Assembly: GCA_050084985.1 (NCBI GenBank)
Contig: JBITNC010000001.1
Coordinates: forward strand, 215,822,001 to 215,886,000
Length of the DNA stretch: 64,000 nucleotides
Source of the DNA: Nageia nagi
Lineage: Eukaryota; Plantae; Pinophyta
Direction: 5' to 3'
Below are positions 53,801 through 61,289 of this stretch, in pieces. The translations under genes were made by a program, and so were the position numbers. Numbering within the stretch: the stretch's first letter is position 1; every line of letters starts with the position of its first letter. The notes below the pieces were generated by a model. It worked only from the letters and a program-made list of their open reading frames with translations, ran no database searches and had not been told where the DNA came from.

Positions 53801-56800
53801 ACCTGTAACTTCTCTAAACCATGCGACCACTATAGATGCCAAGTTTGACTTAGTACAAATGAGCACTTGTTCCTCCTTTTATAGTTTCTTGCTTGACAAG
53901 TGACCTTTCTTGAATGGTCACAGTGAAGGTCAAATGAGAGCAAGACAAACCTTCTTAGTGCATGTTCAACGTTTGGAAGGGATGGTCGCATGCTTTGCCA
54001 AAGATGGGTTTGCACCTTCTTGAAACCATGCGAACGCCTATTGGGAGCCCTTCGATCAACATTTAACCAATTTCAGAGCCCAAAATCTTGAGAAGAAGGT
54101 GGTCGGATGGCTTTTGAAAGATGCAAGGGTGACTTCTTCAAACCATGCGAACACCTTTGGGGAGTTGTCAGCAAAAGTGAAATAGGTAAAACAAGTGACT
54201 TCCTCCCTTTATACTAGCCCTACTTGTCAGTTGTCCTCATATGTACGGCTAGGGTGAAGGTAGAATGAGACTAAGGCAAGTTCATGCATGCATGATGAGA
54301 CGTCCAACTGAGGGTGGTTGCACGTTTCATGAAGGATGGATTCGCAACTTTTACAAACCGTGCAAACACCCTTGAAGGAGAAGTTTTGGACACTTAGCTG
54401 TCTTTGAAGCTCCAATGTTGGCCTAAGAGGGTTGGTCGCATGCTTACAAAAAGAAAGATGGATTTGTAACTTTCCAAAACCATGCGAACACCTTCCAAAT
54501 GACCCATTTTTCTTGTTTTTAGCTTTGCTTCTTCAAGAGGTGGTGGTCGCATGATTTTTGAAGGATGGTAATGCAACTTTTTGAAATCATGCGAACACCC
54601 TCAAGATGAAAAATTTTGAGGACTTAGTCATTTTTAGGGGCTGAAATCTGCTTGAAGGGTGGTCGCACGATTCCTCAAAGATGGATGAGTGACTTTCCTA
54701 TACCATGTGAACAACCTTGGACTTGGCCAATTTTTTGGTGACTTTCTGAGATGCGAGATGCCATGTACCTGAAGACTCAATGCAAATTCTCATGACTTCT
54801 CAGGAACTTTGCTTGTTTACAATATGAATTTCACCTTCGTTTCCATGGATGGATTCTTCAGAAGGCTTTTTCTTTGTTTCAAGTAAGCCTTTTAAATGCA
54901 TTTTTAAAGTTGCACTTTGGGCTGTTCTGACCAACTTTCTTCCATTGCTTCCCAAAATGCTTCTTGGGTCAAGCCTTCCGAAGCTTCCACTTTGCTTTTA
55001 AAACTGAGGGTCCCCGTCTTTTGCAAAAAAAAGGAGGGGTGTGTTGAAACGTCAACACATTGAAGGTCCACTAAATATTATACTGAATAAGGAAAATGTA
55101 ACCTCCTAAATGTCACATCAGAACAAAGAGAAAGTAGAGAAAAATCATGGAAAAACGTTAAACTAAATCAACAAAATTATTCTTATTGGAAATAAGTATG
55201 ATGTATCCCTAAGAACAGATATAAGACTATATGAAAAGAGTGAACAATCTCCCTTGGTGGTGTGTGACACTATTGACCGCTTCTTTCACACCTATACGTA
55301 TTCAAATCACAAGAAATCCTAATTTTAAATTTTTTTGTAAATACTACTCTTTTTGTTGGAATTTTGAGGGCCATCTACAAAAGTTCTAACATTTAAGAGA
55401 AAATAGCAATACAGCTCCTTAAGACTATGTATGTCCCAGATGTCTTCAAGAAGTTCAAGATGGAAGACTGTAAACCTGTAGCTACACGCTTGGCATATGG
55501 GACAAGTCTTGTTACTATAAAGGTTGGCCGGAAGGATCCTTAGTTGGATGAGACCCTTTGTACATCAAATCTGTAAAGCCGGAACCTATTTGACTGATAA
55601 CGGGCCCAATCTTTCCTTTATTGGGTCTTACCTTTCAAGGTGCCAGCCAGACCCACGAGTCACAGCACATCGGCCAAAACTAAAAGCATTGAGGTTTTAG
55701 AAGCAGACCTGTCACAAAGGGATCATCTTTCCCAAGGCAGCGCTCCCATTTTTTTGTGATAACTGGAATTCTGATTGGGGTAGTGACCAAGATTGTCAGA
55801 GGTCCACTCCTGAGGTTATGTTTACTTTTGGAGCGATCCTATAGCATGGTTGAGCAAGAAATGGGTCTGTTGCCAAGACTATGCATCAGGAAATCAAGAC
55901 AATTGATGAAGAGGCACCATGGTTCAGCCATTGTAAGAACTTGAATTTCCTTGAGCTATCGGGTTCATAGGTGCACTGAAGGTCCACTAAATATTGTATA
56001 CAATACCTACAAACTCAAGCTCCTACATTGTCCACTAAAAAAAGAGATAACAGGACAAAAACATGGAACCTTTCAATACACACAAGAAGAAATATTGAAC
56101 TAAATCACAAAAATTAATTATATTCAAGCTATATGCGATGTATCCCTAAAAATAGATGTAAGGATATATATAACTAGTAAACTTGAAATTCCTTGGAAAT
56201 ACGTTACTCTTGGCCTATTTTTCACACCTATACCTATTCAAATCACACAAAATCCTAATTTTATAATTATCCTACTTGTCTTTATATTTAAAAATGTTGA
56301 CACCCTCTGCAGCATTTTTAAGCAAAACCAATAATACTGCTGAATTTCTCCTTAAGACTAAGTATAATCCAATTCTCTTGAAGTTCAAGAGGAAGATTCT
56401 AAGCCTGTATCTGCACCCCTTAAATATGGGGCAAATCTTGTTAATATAAGGGATAGCCTGAAGGAATTCAATATATACAAAGAGGAATATTAAACTAAAT
56501 AAAAAAAAAAATTTACTCCTATTGGCACTGTGAACAACGCATCCCTAAGATCAGAATTTCCCTTGAAAATGTGAGACTCCTAAAATTTTATTTCATACCT
56601 TTATCTATCCAAATCACAAGAAACTCCTAATTTTACAATTCTTAGTACATCCTACCCCTCAAATTATTTGAAATTTTTGAGGGCCTTGGTAGAATTTTTA
56701 ATGCAAAGCAAATGATAGAGGTAAATACCTCCTTAAAGTATGAACACAATTTATACACCCATAAATGATAACCACATTCTAAGATTTCCAACATATTTTG

Positions 56801-58327
56801 AATGATCAGAAGCAGAGACTAAAGTGCAAGCTTCTGCTTTTCAACAAATTAGATATGTCACCTTGATAGTTCCGCTAGTCAAGCAAGATACACTTTATTT
56901 TGAATAAATGCTTGGAGTTCATTTGCCAACAATAGACAGAATATACACCAAAAACAGCTATAAAATCAAGAGGCACTTCAAATTTTCTCAGAAGTTACTC
57001 TCATATTGAACAGTTAACAAATGGATCAAACAGTTAACAATATTGAAAGATACACCAAATACAGCAGGCAGGGAAGGAGTCACTGGCAGTACAAAGTCCC
57101 AAACAGTAACACTAAGTTTCACACAAATTGCAGAAGCTTCCTGATTGTCTTCATCCATATCCATGCTACCATTTGCACCCGAAACTGAAAGCATTGGAGA
57201 TTGAAGCAACCTCTGCAATCCTTCAGTGACAGCTCTTAAACCTTTCAACTGCAAGAAAAATAGTTTCATGCAACAATTATTTATCTTAGGATATAACAAA
57301 GGATATATTTTTGAAAAAATGTCAAATGAATAGGCAATGTTAATGGCATACCATTTCATGGGCAGGTTTTCCTTGAGATGAGTTGGCTATAGCTAGTGAA
57401 TTCTCTAATTCTCTTCTAATTTCACTTTTGTCAATTTCAACTACTCCATCCTCTGTAAAACTGCATCAAACGATATCCACACATAATAATCCATGGAAAT
57501 GATGTTTGGACAAACCTGAAGATTCCAAGCAAATGACACTGCAGACTAACATATAGACTCATTTGACCCTATACAAAATAGACTAACAATCCTAACCACT
57601 ATCCCTGTATCAACAAACATTAACCACCTCCAATACCAACTGACCTCTAGAAGGCAAAACAAGCTAGAGTATTACTCTGCATCAGCCTTCACAGCAGTGA
57701 TGAGTATTTCCCCCTCATAGAGTCCAGGAGGTTGTGCTGCAGGAACATCCACAGAGACCCATAAAGCAGAAGTTTCTCTGCAAAACAAAGAACAACCTAA
57801 TTGAGGAATAGAGTGTTACTACATATAAGGAAATCAGAAAATCTCAAATATAGTCACTTCAATAAAGTAATAATCTGTCAATCAGAAACACATATCCCTA
57901 AGAGTGATCTTATATCTGAGTGCTCAAATATACCATTACATTCAAATAATTATTGGGGAAAAAACAATCTACCCAGGAAGCAAGCTAATCCGTGCACTCG
58001 GTGAGCTCACAGGAACAAGAGCATCAGGTACACCAAGAATTGGTACCACTCGCCTAAGTGTCAAGCATTTCCCAACTTCTAGTCTGTTTAAAACATTAAC
58101 CAAAAGATAACAAATTATGAAGGATACCAGCCTAGAAATGTTACTAGAAAACTAAAGAAGCACTACAATAACCATATTTGGATTGCAAACCTGTCGCCAG
58201 AACTAGAACACAAGTTCGTACAATGAACTTGCACATGACCTGCAGCTCCACCAGTAGCCCATGAAACTTTTGGACGCATTGCAATCTGTGCACTTTCCTT
58301 CTCATTTCTTGCTACAAGCATGGAAAT
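1477..58327 (-). CDS. Partial multi-exon host gene: At1g45150-like DUF4091/glycoside hydrolase 123-like protein (11 exons visible, 421 codons; N- and C-terminal exons outside the window)
   Basis: Exons 58327-58191, 58083-57973, 57777-57676, 57460-57352, 57248-57054, 45703-45535, 45422-45341, 45237-45144, 44948-44852, 32987-32894 and 1549-1477 all have AG/GT borders with compatible phases (total 1263 nt, no stops). The peptide (ARNEKESAQIAMRPKVSW; RRVVPILGVPDALVP; WLLQYRISPFFCRWG; YFYLWDEPLN; RVLTTYYCGPSDAP; CTSEWVLGNREDLVKDI) matches the At1g45150 family as recalled. Confidence 0.9.
2365..2916. mobile_element. Two degenerate MITE-like remnants (CATAG...CTATG ends)
   Basis: CATAGAT (2365)...ATCTATG (~2610) and CATAGT (2619)...ACTATG (2916); no convincing target duplications. 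Confidence 0.3.
4159..6775 (+). mobile_element. Family A Tat-type 3' LTR (4177-6775), ORF-less form, 3'-truncated, preceded by PPT
   Basis: PPT GGGAGAAGGAGAGGGGAG directly before TGTTGTGCCC at 4177; colinear with the reverse complement of 21419-24477; last ~140 bp missing. Confidence 0.85.
4476..5602. repeat. Array of 11 ~48-bp palindromes (consensus GGYGCATGCYYCAAAAGACAARATYTTGTCTTTTGRRGCATGCRCC)
   Basis: Core GAC at 4492, 4606, 4720, 4865, 5009, 5081, 5226, 5292, 5354, 5499, 5571. Confidence 0.9.
7926..7937 (+). other. Primer-binding site (tRNA-iMet type, TGGTCTCAGAGC)
   Basis: One mismatch from canonical TGGTATCAGAGC, 1 nt after the LTR-terminal CA. Confidence 0.8.
7966..10179 (+). pseudogene. 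Decayed gag-protease of element B
   Basis: Retrotrans_gag motif (ASLHFEGDALEWWQ), zinc knuckle (CFYCKKTW..EH), protease with degenerate active site (VLIHLGASHNFI, ILGVQWL); many stops and frameshifts. Confidence 0.85.
10080..10720 (+). repeat. ~30-bp-period degenerate tandem repeat (CCCACATTGG core), about 20 units
   Basis: Core recurs near 10230, 10261, 10291, 10321, 10351, 10411, 10501, 10561, 10621, 10651, 10681. Confidence 0.7.
12506..13762 (-). pseudogene. C-terminal part of the family A LTR-encoded protein (coiled-coil-like region plus EDVNSYQFGSH domain)
   Basis: Consecutive ORF fragments 13450-13232, 13225-12971 and 12916-12506; homologous to 60688-61137 and 49420-50061. Confidence 0.75.
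15295..16781 (-). pseudogene. Tat pol fragment: archaeal-type RNase H C-terminus followed by integrase
   Basis: IPRNNNRLADAMASAAS; zinc finger (H..ACGGHF...CEQCQKH); WALDFMG, IMDNGANF, GNGQVEATNK, WAYRTT; NWVGPYII. Confidence 0.9.
16777..17744 (-). pseudogene. N-terminal part of the family E LTR-encoded protein
   Basis: MSKINSKLGK...PFAAPFPELC...KIKWSKVISDSLLF..FYMNSYLIFLLLHG...YPKWWLESR, nearly identical to 51780-52708. Confidence 0.8.
18248..19680. repeat. Family E U3 array of ~11 inverted-arm motifs (GTGGTCGCATG..AAAGATG..ACTT..CATGCGACCAC)
   Basis: Recurrent ~55-bp units with complementary arms, separated by non-repetitive spacers. Confidence 0.8.
20086..21418 (-). pseudogene. Middle part of the family A LTR-encoded protein
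   Basis: KFYLNSYLVYLLLHG, YPKWRME, PYQLPRY..LLLMEMMRQL, HYDPKH, then an acidic/Pro-Ser-rich tract. Confidence 0.75.
21419..24477 (-). mobile_element. Complete family A LTR, ORF-less 3.06-kb form
   Basis: TGTTG...CAACA termini; telo-box-like CCCTAACCCTAA and TATAAATA at ~22325-22370; flanks GTTCC/TTAGC do not match. Confidence 0.9.
22745..24180. repeat. Array of 12 family A palindromes
   Basis: Cores at 22763, 22921, 22993, 23065, 23209, 23354, 23561, 23633, 23776, 23921, 24035, 24149. Confidence 0.9.
25063..31100 (-). pseudogene. Decayed gag-pol of the family A Tat element; order GAG-PROT-aRH-RT-RH-INT
   Basis: Gag (HEDVACRLFPYTLQGQAGDWY); protease (MMDSRAGANIM); aRH remnant ~28100-28290 (RVWNLIEGFKAFNIMTISRKYNMVADS); RT (RVCIDFRHLN, FLDGYYGYNQ, YMDD); RH (FYLYSFAS); INT (KWGLDFV, VCDNG, YPQGNG, WLGP); ends HLKHYFQS*. 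Confidence 0.9.
31170..31186 (-). other. Primer-binding site complementary to tRNA-Asn(GUU) (TGGCGCTAGAAGGAGGG)
   Basis: Plus strand CCCTCCTTCTAGCGCCA equals the plant tRNA-Asn 3' end with CCA; 5 nt from the LTR-terminal CA. Confidence 0.8.
31192..31381 (-). mobile_element. Remnant (U5 end) of the family A 5' LTR
   Basis: Matches 21419-21611 and 11378-11570; abuts the PBS. Confidence 0.85.
32279..32385. repeat. Two-copy ~57-bp tandem duplication
   Basis: ACAAGTTTTCCAACAAA.TTCAACTG.C.AACTACTAACCATTCTAACCACA occurs twice. Confidence 0.7.
32894..32987 (-). CDS. Host gene exon (GPSDAPLAPGTFEAFVKVPGFLRPHTQIYCT)
   Basis: CAG/GT borders, 94 nt; not in the ORF track, found by manual translation. 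Confidence 0.92.
33641..37332 (+). mobile_element. hAT DNA transposon, 3.69 kb, with both ends
   Basis: TIRs CAGTGTTCCAC / GTGAAACACTA; perfect 8-bp TSD GTTATTCA (33633-33640, 37333-37340); subterminal TCCCC/GGGGA motifs and a ~60-bp tandem repeat at 34020-34200. Confidence 0.92.
34318..36954 (+). pseudogene. hAT transposase (BED finger, DUF659, dimerisation domain) with 4 introns, disrupted
   Basis: YKCHICNSTFKGSYTRVESHL; IIMDRWIDIRQRPLIN; FWTPCCVHALN; WWKLY...LAIRLLSQ|VGSSSAAERNWS; introns 35250-35340, 35757-35868, 36049-36133, 36468-36615; premature stops. Confidence 0.88.
37983..39376 (+). mobile_element. ~1.4-kb LTR of a family related to A (solo or recombinant)
   Basis: Starts TGTGAC; TTAGGGCAAC...CTATTTATACCCC promoter block as in family A; ends GGAAAGAAAAACATACCAATA like the family A U5 end; no matching TSD. 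Confidence 0.6.
39377..41258 (-). pseudogene. N-terminal two-thirds of the family A LTR-encoded protein
   Basis: IGDTDW..PFTTPFPELC..RSHFYPSV..MLSRVLGKED..KIKWSKVLSGSIMDQL..KFYLNSYLVYLLLH..HYDPKH; homologous to 51392-52708. Confidence 0.8.
41645..42565. repeat. Array of 8 family A palindromes
   Basis: Cores at 41659, 41874, 41946, 42091, 42236, 42337, 42451, 42535. Confidence 0.85.
44157..44660. repeat. Diverged two-copy ~245-bp tandem duplication
   Basis: CCTATTTTGA..TCAATTACAAGAAAAG..CTAATGACAACTG..ATAAACAAAAACA repeated at ~44180 and ~44425. Confidence 0.75.
44780..44836. repeat. (TA)n microsatellite, about 28 units
   Basis: Direct reading. Confidence 0.95.
44852..44948 (-). CDS. Host gene exon (PLNLEQYDMIRIMSTEIRSLAPDARVLTTYYC)
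   Basis: CAG/GTAAG borders, 97 nt. Confidence 0.92.
45144..45237 (-). CDS. Host gene exon (TYEAKDVLRKEIEVLKTKPHWKKSYFYLWDE)
   Basis: AAG acceptor, GT donor, 94 nt. Confidence 0.88.
45341..45422 (-). CDS. Host gene exon (ADHPKAEEYYSDPRLAVYAVPYAPVLS)
   Basis: TAG/GT borders, 82 nt. Confidence 0.9.
45535..45703 (-). CDS. Host gene exon (ISETVIEDRFGLEHGSEAWY...RVLTYTCPWP)
   Basis: CAG/GT borders, 169 nt. Confidence 0.92.
47965..48399 (+). pseudogene. Very degenerate Ty1/copia RT/RNase H fragment (target of the family E solo LTR)
   Basis: LQYLT, PHESH..LRYVK, STS..VFSFESGPIKWLSKKH motifs. Confidence 0.65.
49246..52708 (-). pseudogene. Full-length (~1,150-codon) LTR-encoded accessory protein of unknown function, disrupted by stops and frameshifts
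   Basis: ATG at 52708 (MVKINSKLGK), fragments 52668-52411, 52255-51392, 51224-50778, 50061-49702, 49665-49420, stop at 49246; homologous pieces in four other LTR copies. Confidence 0.8.
53168..54715. repeat. Family E U3 array of ~12 inverted-arm motifs with three interspersed TATAAAAG boxes
   Basis: GATG cores at 53191, 53321, 53501, 53606, 53690, 53796, 54003, 54120, 54335, 54457, 54564, 54680; minus-strand TATAAAAG at ~53400, ~53880, ~54210. Confidence 0.85.
55063..56745 (+). repeat. Degenerate tandem units (~0.9 kb plus a shorter third unit) containing copia RT/RH fragments
   Basis: GAAGGTCCACTAAATATT at 55062 and 55978; KFKMEDCKPVAT-like segment at 55450 and 56380; CCCTAAGA..AAATCAC..AAATCCTAATTTTA three times. 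Confidence 0.65.
57054..57248 (-). CDS. Host gene exon (LKGLRAVTEGLQRLLQSP...TVWDFVLPVTPSLPAVFG)
   Basis: CAG/GT borders, 195 nt. Confidence 0.9.
57352..57460 (-). CDS. Host gene exon (FTEDGVVEIDKSEIRRELENSLAIANSSQGKPAHEM)
   Basis: CAG/GT borders, 109 nt, restores phase 0; less conserved segment. Confidence 0.8.
57676..57777 (-). CDS. Host gene exon (ETSALWVSVDVPAAQPPGLYEGEILITAVKADA)
   Basis: CAG/GT borders, 102 nt. Confidence 0.9.
57973..58083 (-). CDS. Host gene exon (LEVGKCLTLRRVVPILGVPDALVP...LLPG)
   Basis: CAG/GT borders, 111 nt. Confidence 0.9.
58191..58327 (-). CDS. Host gene exon (ISMLVARNEKESAQIAMRPKVSW...CSSSGDR)
   Basis: CAG acceptor, GT donor, 137 nt, in frame with the next exon. 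Confidence 0.9.
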
Positions 58328-59621
58328 CTGCATGTGTAAAGATCATTTGTATCAGGAAAAAGCATTTAAGAAGAGTACAATAGCACACAAATCAAGAATG
58401 TTACAACGAACAAATGCATTACTGATTAAATTATTCAGCTAGTACATGTTATTGAGCTTTTGTTTAATCTTAAATCCAATGATCAATGGCCTTAACACAG
58501 ACAAACAAATTAAAATTGTACTTGAGTACTACTTGTACAGGGGATAAAGTAAAATGTTCTGGAAATTCTAAATACAATAATTCCAAGGCACATTATTCCA
58601 TAGGATTGGGCAAGTTTCACAAGGCTATTCCAGAAGGATGAACCTTTTGAGATCTAAGTAGCCTTGAGAAAATTTGTTTTGAGTTCTAGGTATTTTGCCT
58701 TGAAAATTTTCACCCAATTTCTCTCTTCATTACAGCTCAATTTCCATCCCAGTTTGCTTTTTTAAGTGCCAAATTGAAATGCATTTTATTTTCGAGACAT
58801 AATCTTCCTCCTTTTTTGGGCAAACATACATTTTCCCGACTTACTTATAATTCCACTTTAATGTCCATGGAAGCAGTAAGATTATTTGTATTGTTAGGGG
58901 GGGTACAAGTAACATACAGTTCTTTAAGGGGGGAATTCTAAATTTCTAATACTTAATGGATTTCAATGGTTTTCCTATGCAAGATATGTTTCCAGTAACT
59001 ACCTTGAGTTGTGTTTGTAGACTCAAAAAGTTTTTGTTCCTTGGCTAGAAATAGCCATTTCTACTTTTTAATAAGTTCTTGTGTTCTTTTACTTTTCTTA
59101 TTTTATTGCCTCAAAAAAGCAAGGTGTACCATTAATATATATATATATATATAAAGTTTTATTTTAAATATTATAATGTAATTTGTAACCTAATGTATTT
59201 AATATTATTAATTAGTTTTCTTTTAATTGCAAATACTATTAAAAAAAAGTGTTCTAATTTAATATAAAAATTTATTCAAATCATAATTTGCATTGCATCT
59301 ATATGTATAGAAAATTTCATATTTATTGATTAGGATTTAGAATATATATATATATATATAAAAGTTGGATGGTTGATTTTGAGGATCCAAGAACCTTCAC
59401 ATATCATCCAAATATGAGCATTCAAGCACTTCCCTACCATTTCAAAACATGCCAAAATAGGAAGGTTCTCCCTTCCATTTACATCAAACTACAAAACAGG
59501 ATACTACTGCATTATGCTAAAAAACAAAGACAGAAAACAAACACAACATCCAAAGCATCACTCACTCAAACCGCCTTCAACCAACACCTTAATCTTCTCC
59601 AGCCTTTTGGTTGCTTCCATG

Positions 59622-61275
59622 TGTTGGGTAGTTTTTCTTTCCTACTTTGTTGATAGGCAAATGACTTGCAAGGCTCATAAAGAATACCAATACCTTAGGT
59701 GAAAGGGTGTTAGCCCTTCCTGCTATGAGGACTGGTTAACTCAAAGACTGGCTAAGATGTTTAGAGCTGCCACCAACTCAAATAACATTTGTTTGTCAAG
59801 GAATTAGATTGTCACAATACCTGAACAAGGGTTTTTTCTTAAATGCTACAAACAAAAGAGGTGCAAAAAGTCGCATGAAGAAAGTGTAAAATAAGAAAAA
59901 AATGTATGATAGACAATGGGTATGTGAATTTAGTACAAGTGTATGACTTCTCACCGACAGGTGCAGGGTCTGGAAGTCAACTCTCCCTGGGCTTAGTATA
60001 GGTTCTACGCACTCCTAATCCACTCCACTAGCCAACAACACAAATGGTCTAGTGAGAGAAGCATGAAGCTAAGGCAAAGATGGCAAATGGTGAGACGTGA
60101 GCAGTCCTTAATAAATGGAGTAAAGTTCCTAAGTTAAGTGACATAAGAGAGCCATTCCAAAATACACAAGTCTATTATGCAAACAATGACCTATTGCTTT
60201 CAAACACTACTCAAATCACTTCAAAAGATGTTCAAGCACTCTTTCATCCACCTTATACAAGATTTATGAAATGTTCCAACCAGCTCAAAGGAACATAAGA
60301 TAGCAATAGCATTCACTTAATCACTTCAGATATATCATCACCATTCATTCATGTTCATAGTCACAAAGAATGAGAGCATACACACAATTTAAAAAATATA
60401 CCACATTCACAATTAACACAAAATTGTTTGCTAAGAAGTATTACTAAGTTCTGTAATTGTAAAATTGTCCAATCCCCCCTCAAAATGAGCCTTTAGGGGC
60501 TATAAATAGTTTTGGTGGCAACCCCAAGCGTTGCCCTAACCCTAATACAAATTCCAAGAAAATAAACAAAGGTACGATAAAAATTCACCACATGGCGTTA
60601 CAAGATTAACTCCAGCACTTGTAAGATCAAATCTCCACCCATCACAACGCCTAAAAAAAAATATAATTATTTGAAGTTTAAAAATGATTATAGCTGAAAT
60701 AAAATAATAATAATAAAAATAATATATGGTCGTTGCGAAAGAGCGGCAACATGGTCCTCGAAATCATTATCCAAGTATCTTGCGACGAGTTCCAACCCAT
60801 AAACTATCTCACTGCATGCTTCCCTATTCCTCTCAATGAATTCATCCACCTTACAAATGGTCCACTCCATCTCTAGCTGCCAGGCATATACCTTCATCAT
60901 ATGCTCAACATGGCTACCGATCTGATAAGCGTTCACATCCTCTATCAGAAGCAAACCTCCAATCAAGTGCTTTACCTCTACGATCACTTCACTAGCCTCT
61001 TTGATCACACCATCATCTTCGAGGAACTTCACTTCGTATTGCATTGCCTCCATCTGAACATGTACCTTATATTTTACCTTCAACAGCTCCTTGCTCAACT
61101 CTTGACACCAAGATCCTGACTGTCGTAACCATCCCACATGGAATCAATACTCCCTACAAAAATTAGCATTTGCTTGACTATCCACTACCACTGGTTGAGA
61201 TCTTGTAATAACAGGTCTTTGTTCCTCCAATGAAGTGACTAGGGTTTGCTTTATGCCTTGGATTGCTATTTTTGA
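59622..61275 (-). mobile_element. Diverged family A-like LTR 3' part with the C-terminus of the LTR ORF
   Basis: TGTTGGGTAGTTTTTCTTTCCTAC end; colinear with 11378-12450; TATAAATAG and CCCTAACCCTAA at ~60500-60545. Confidence 0.8.
60688..61275 (-). pseudogene. C-terminal domain of the LTR-encoded protein (EDVNAYQIGSH)
   Basis: Aligns with 12506-12916 (VKFLE.D, V.EV.HL, EDVN.YQ.GSH, LEL.AR.L). Confidence 0.75.
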
Positions 61276-61289
61276 TGTTTTAGAAGGTT

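Larger units (their letters stand above)
48400..55057 (-). mobile_element. Family E solo LTR, 6,658 bp, containing a long ORF
   Basis: TGTTGACGT...ACGTCAACA termini; perfect 5-bp TSD CATTG (48395-48399, 55058-55062); no internal direct terminal repeats, PBS, gag or pol seen. Confidence 0.9.

Noticed and set aside
56988-57359. ORF-track entries 56988-57359, 45473-45841 and 44775-45002 as standalone genes
   Set aside because: Each is a real exon extended into intron sequence; homology is confined to the splice-bounded part.
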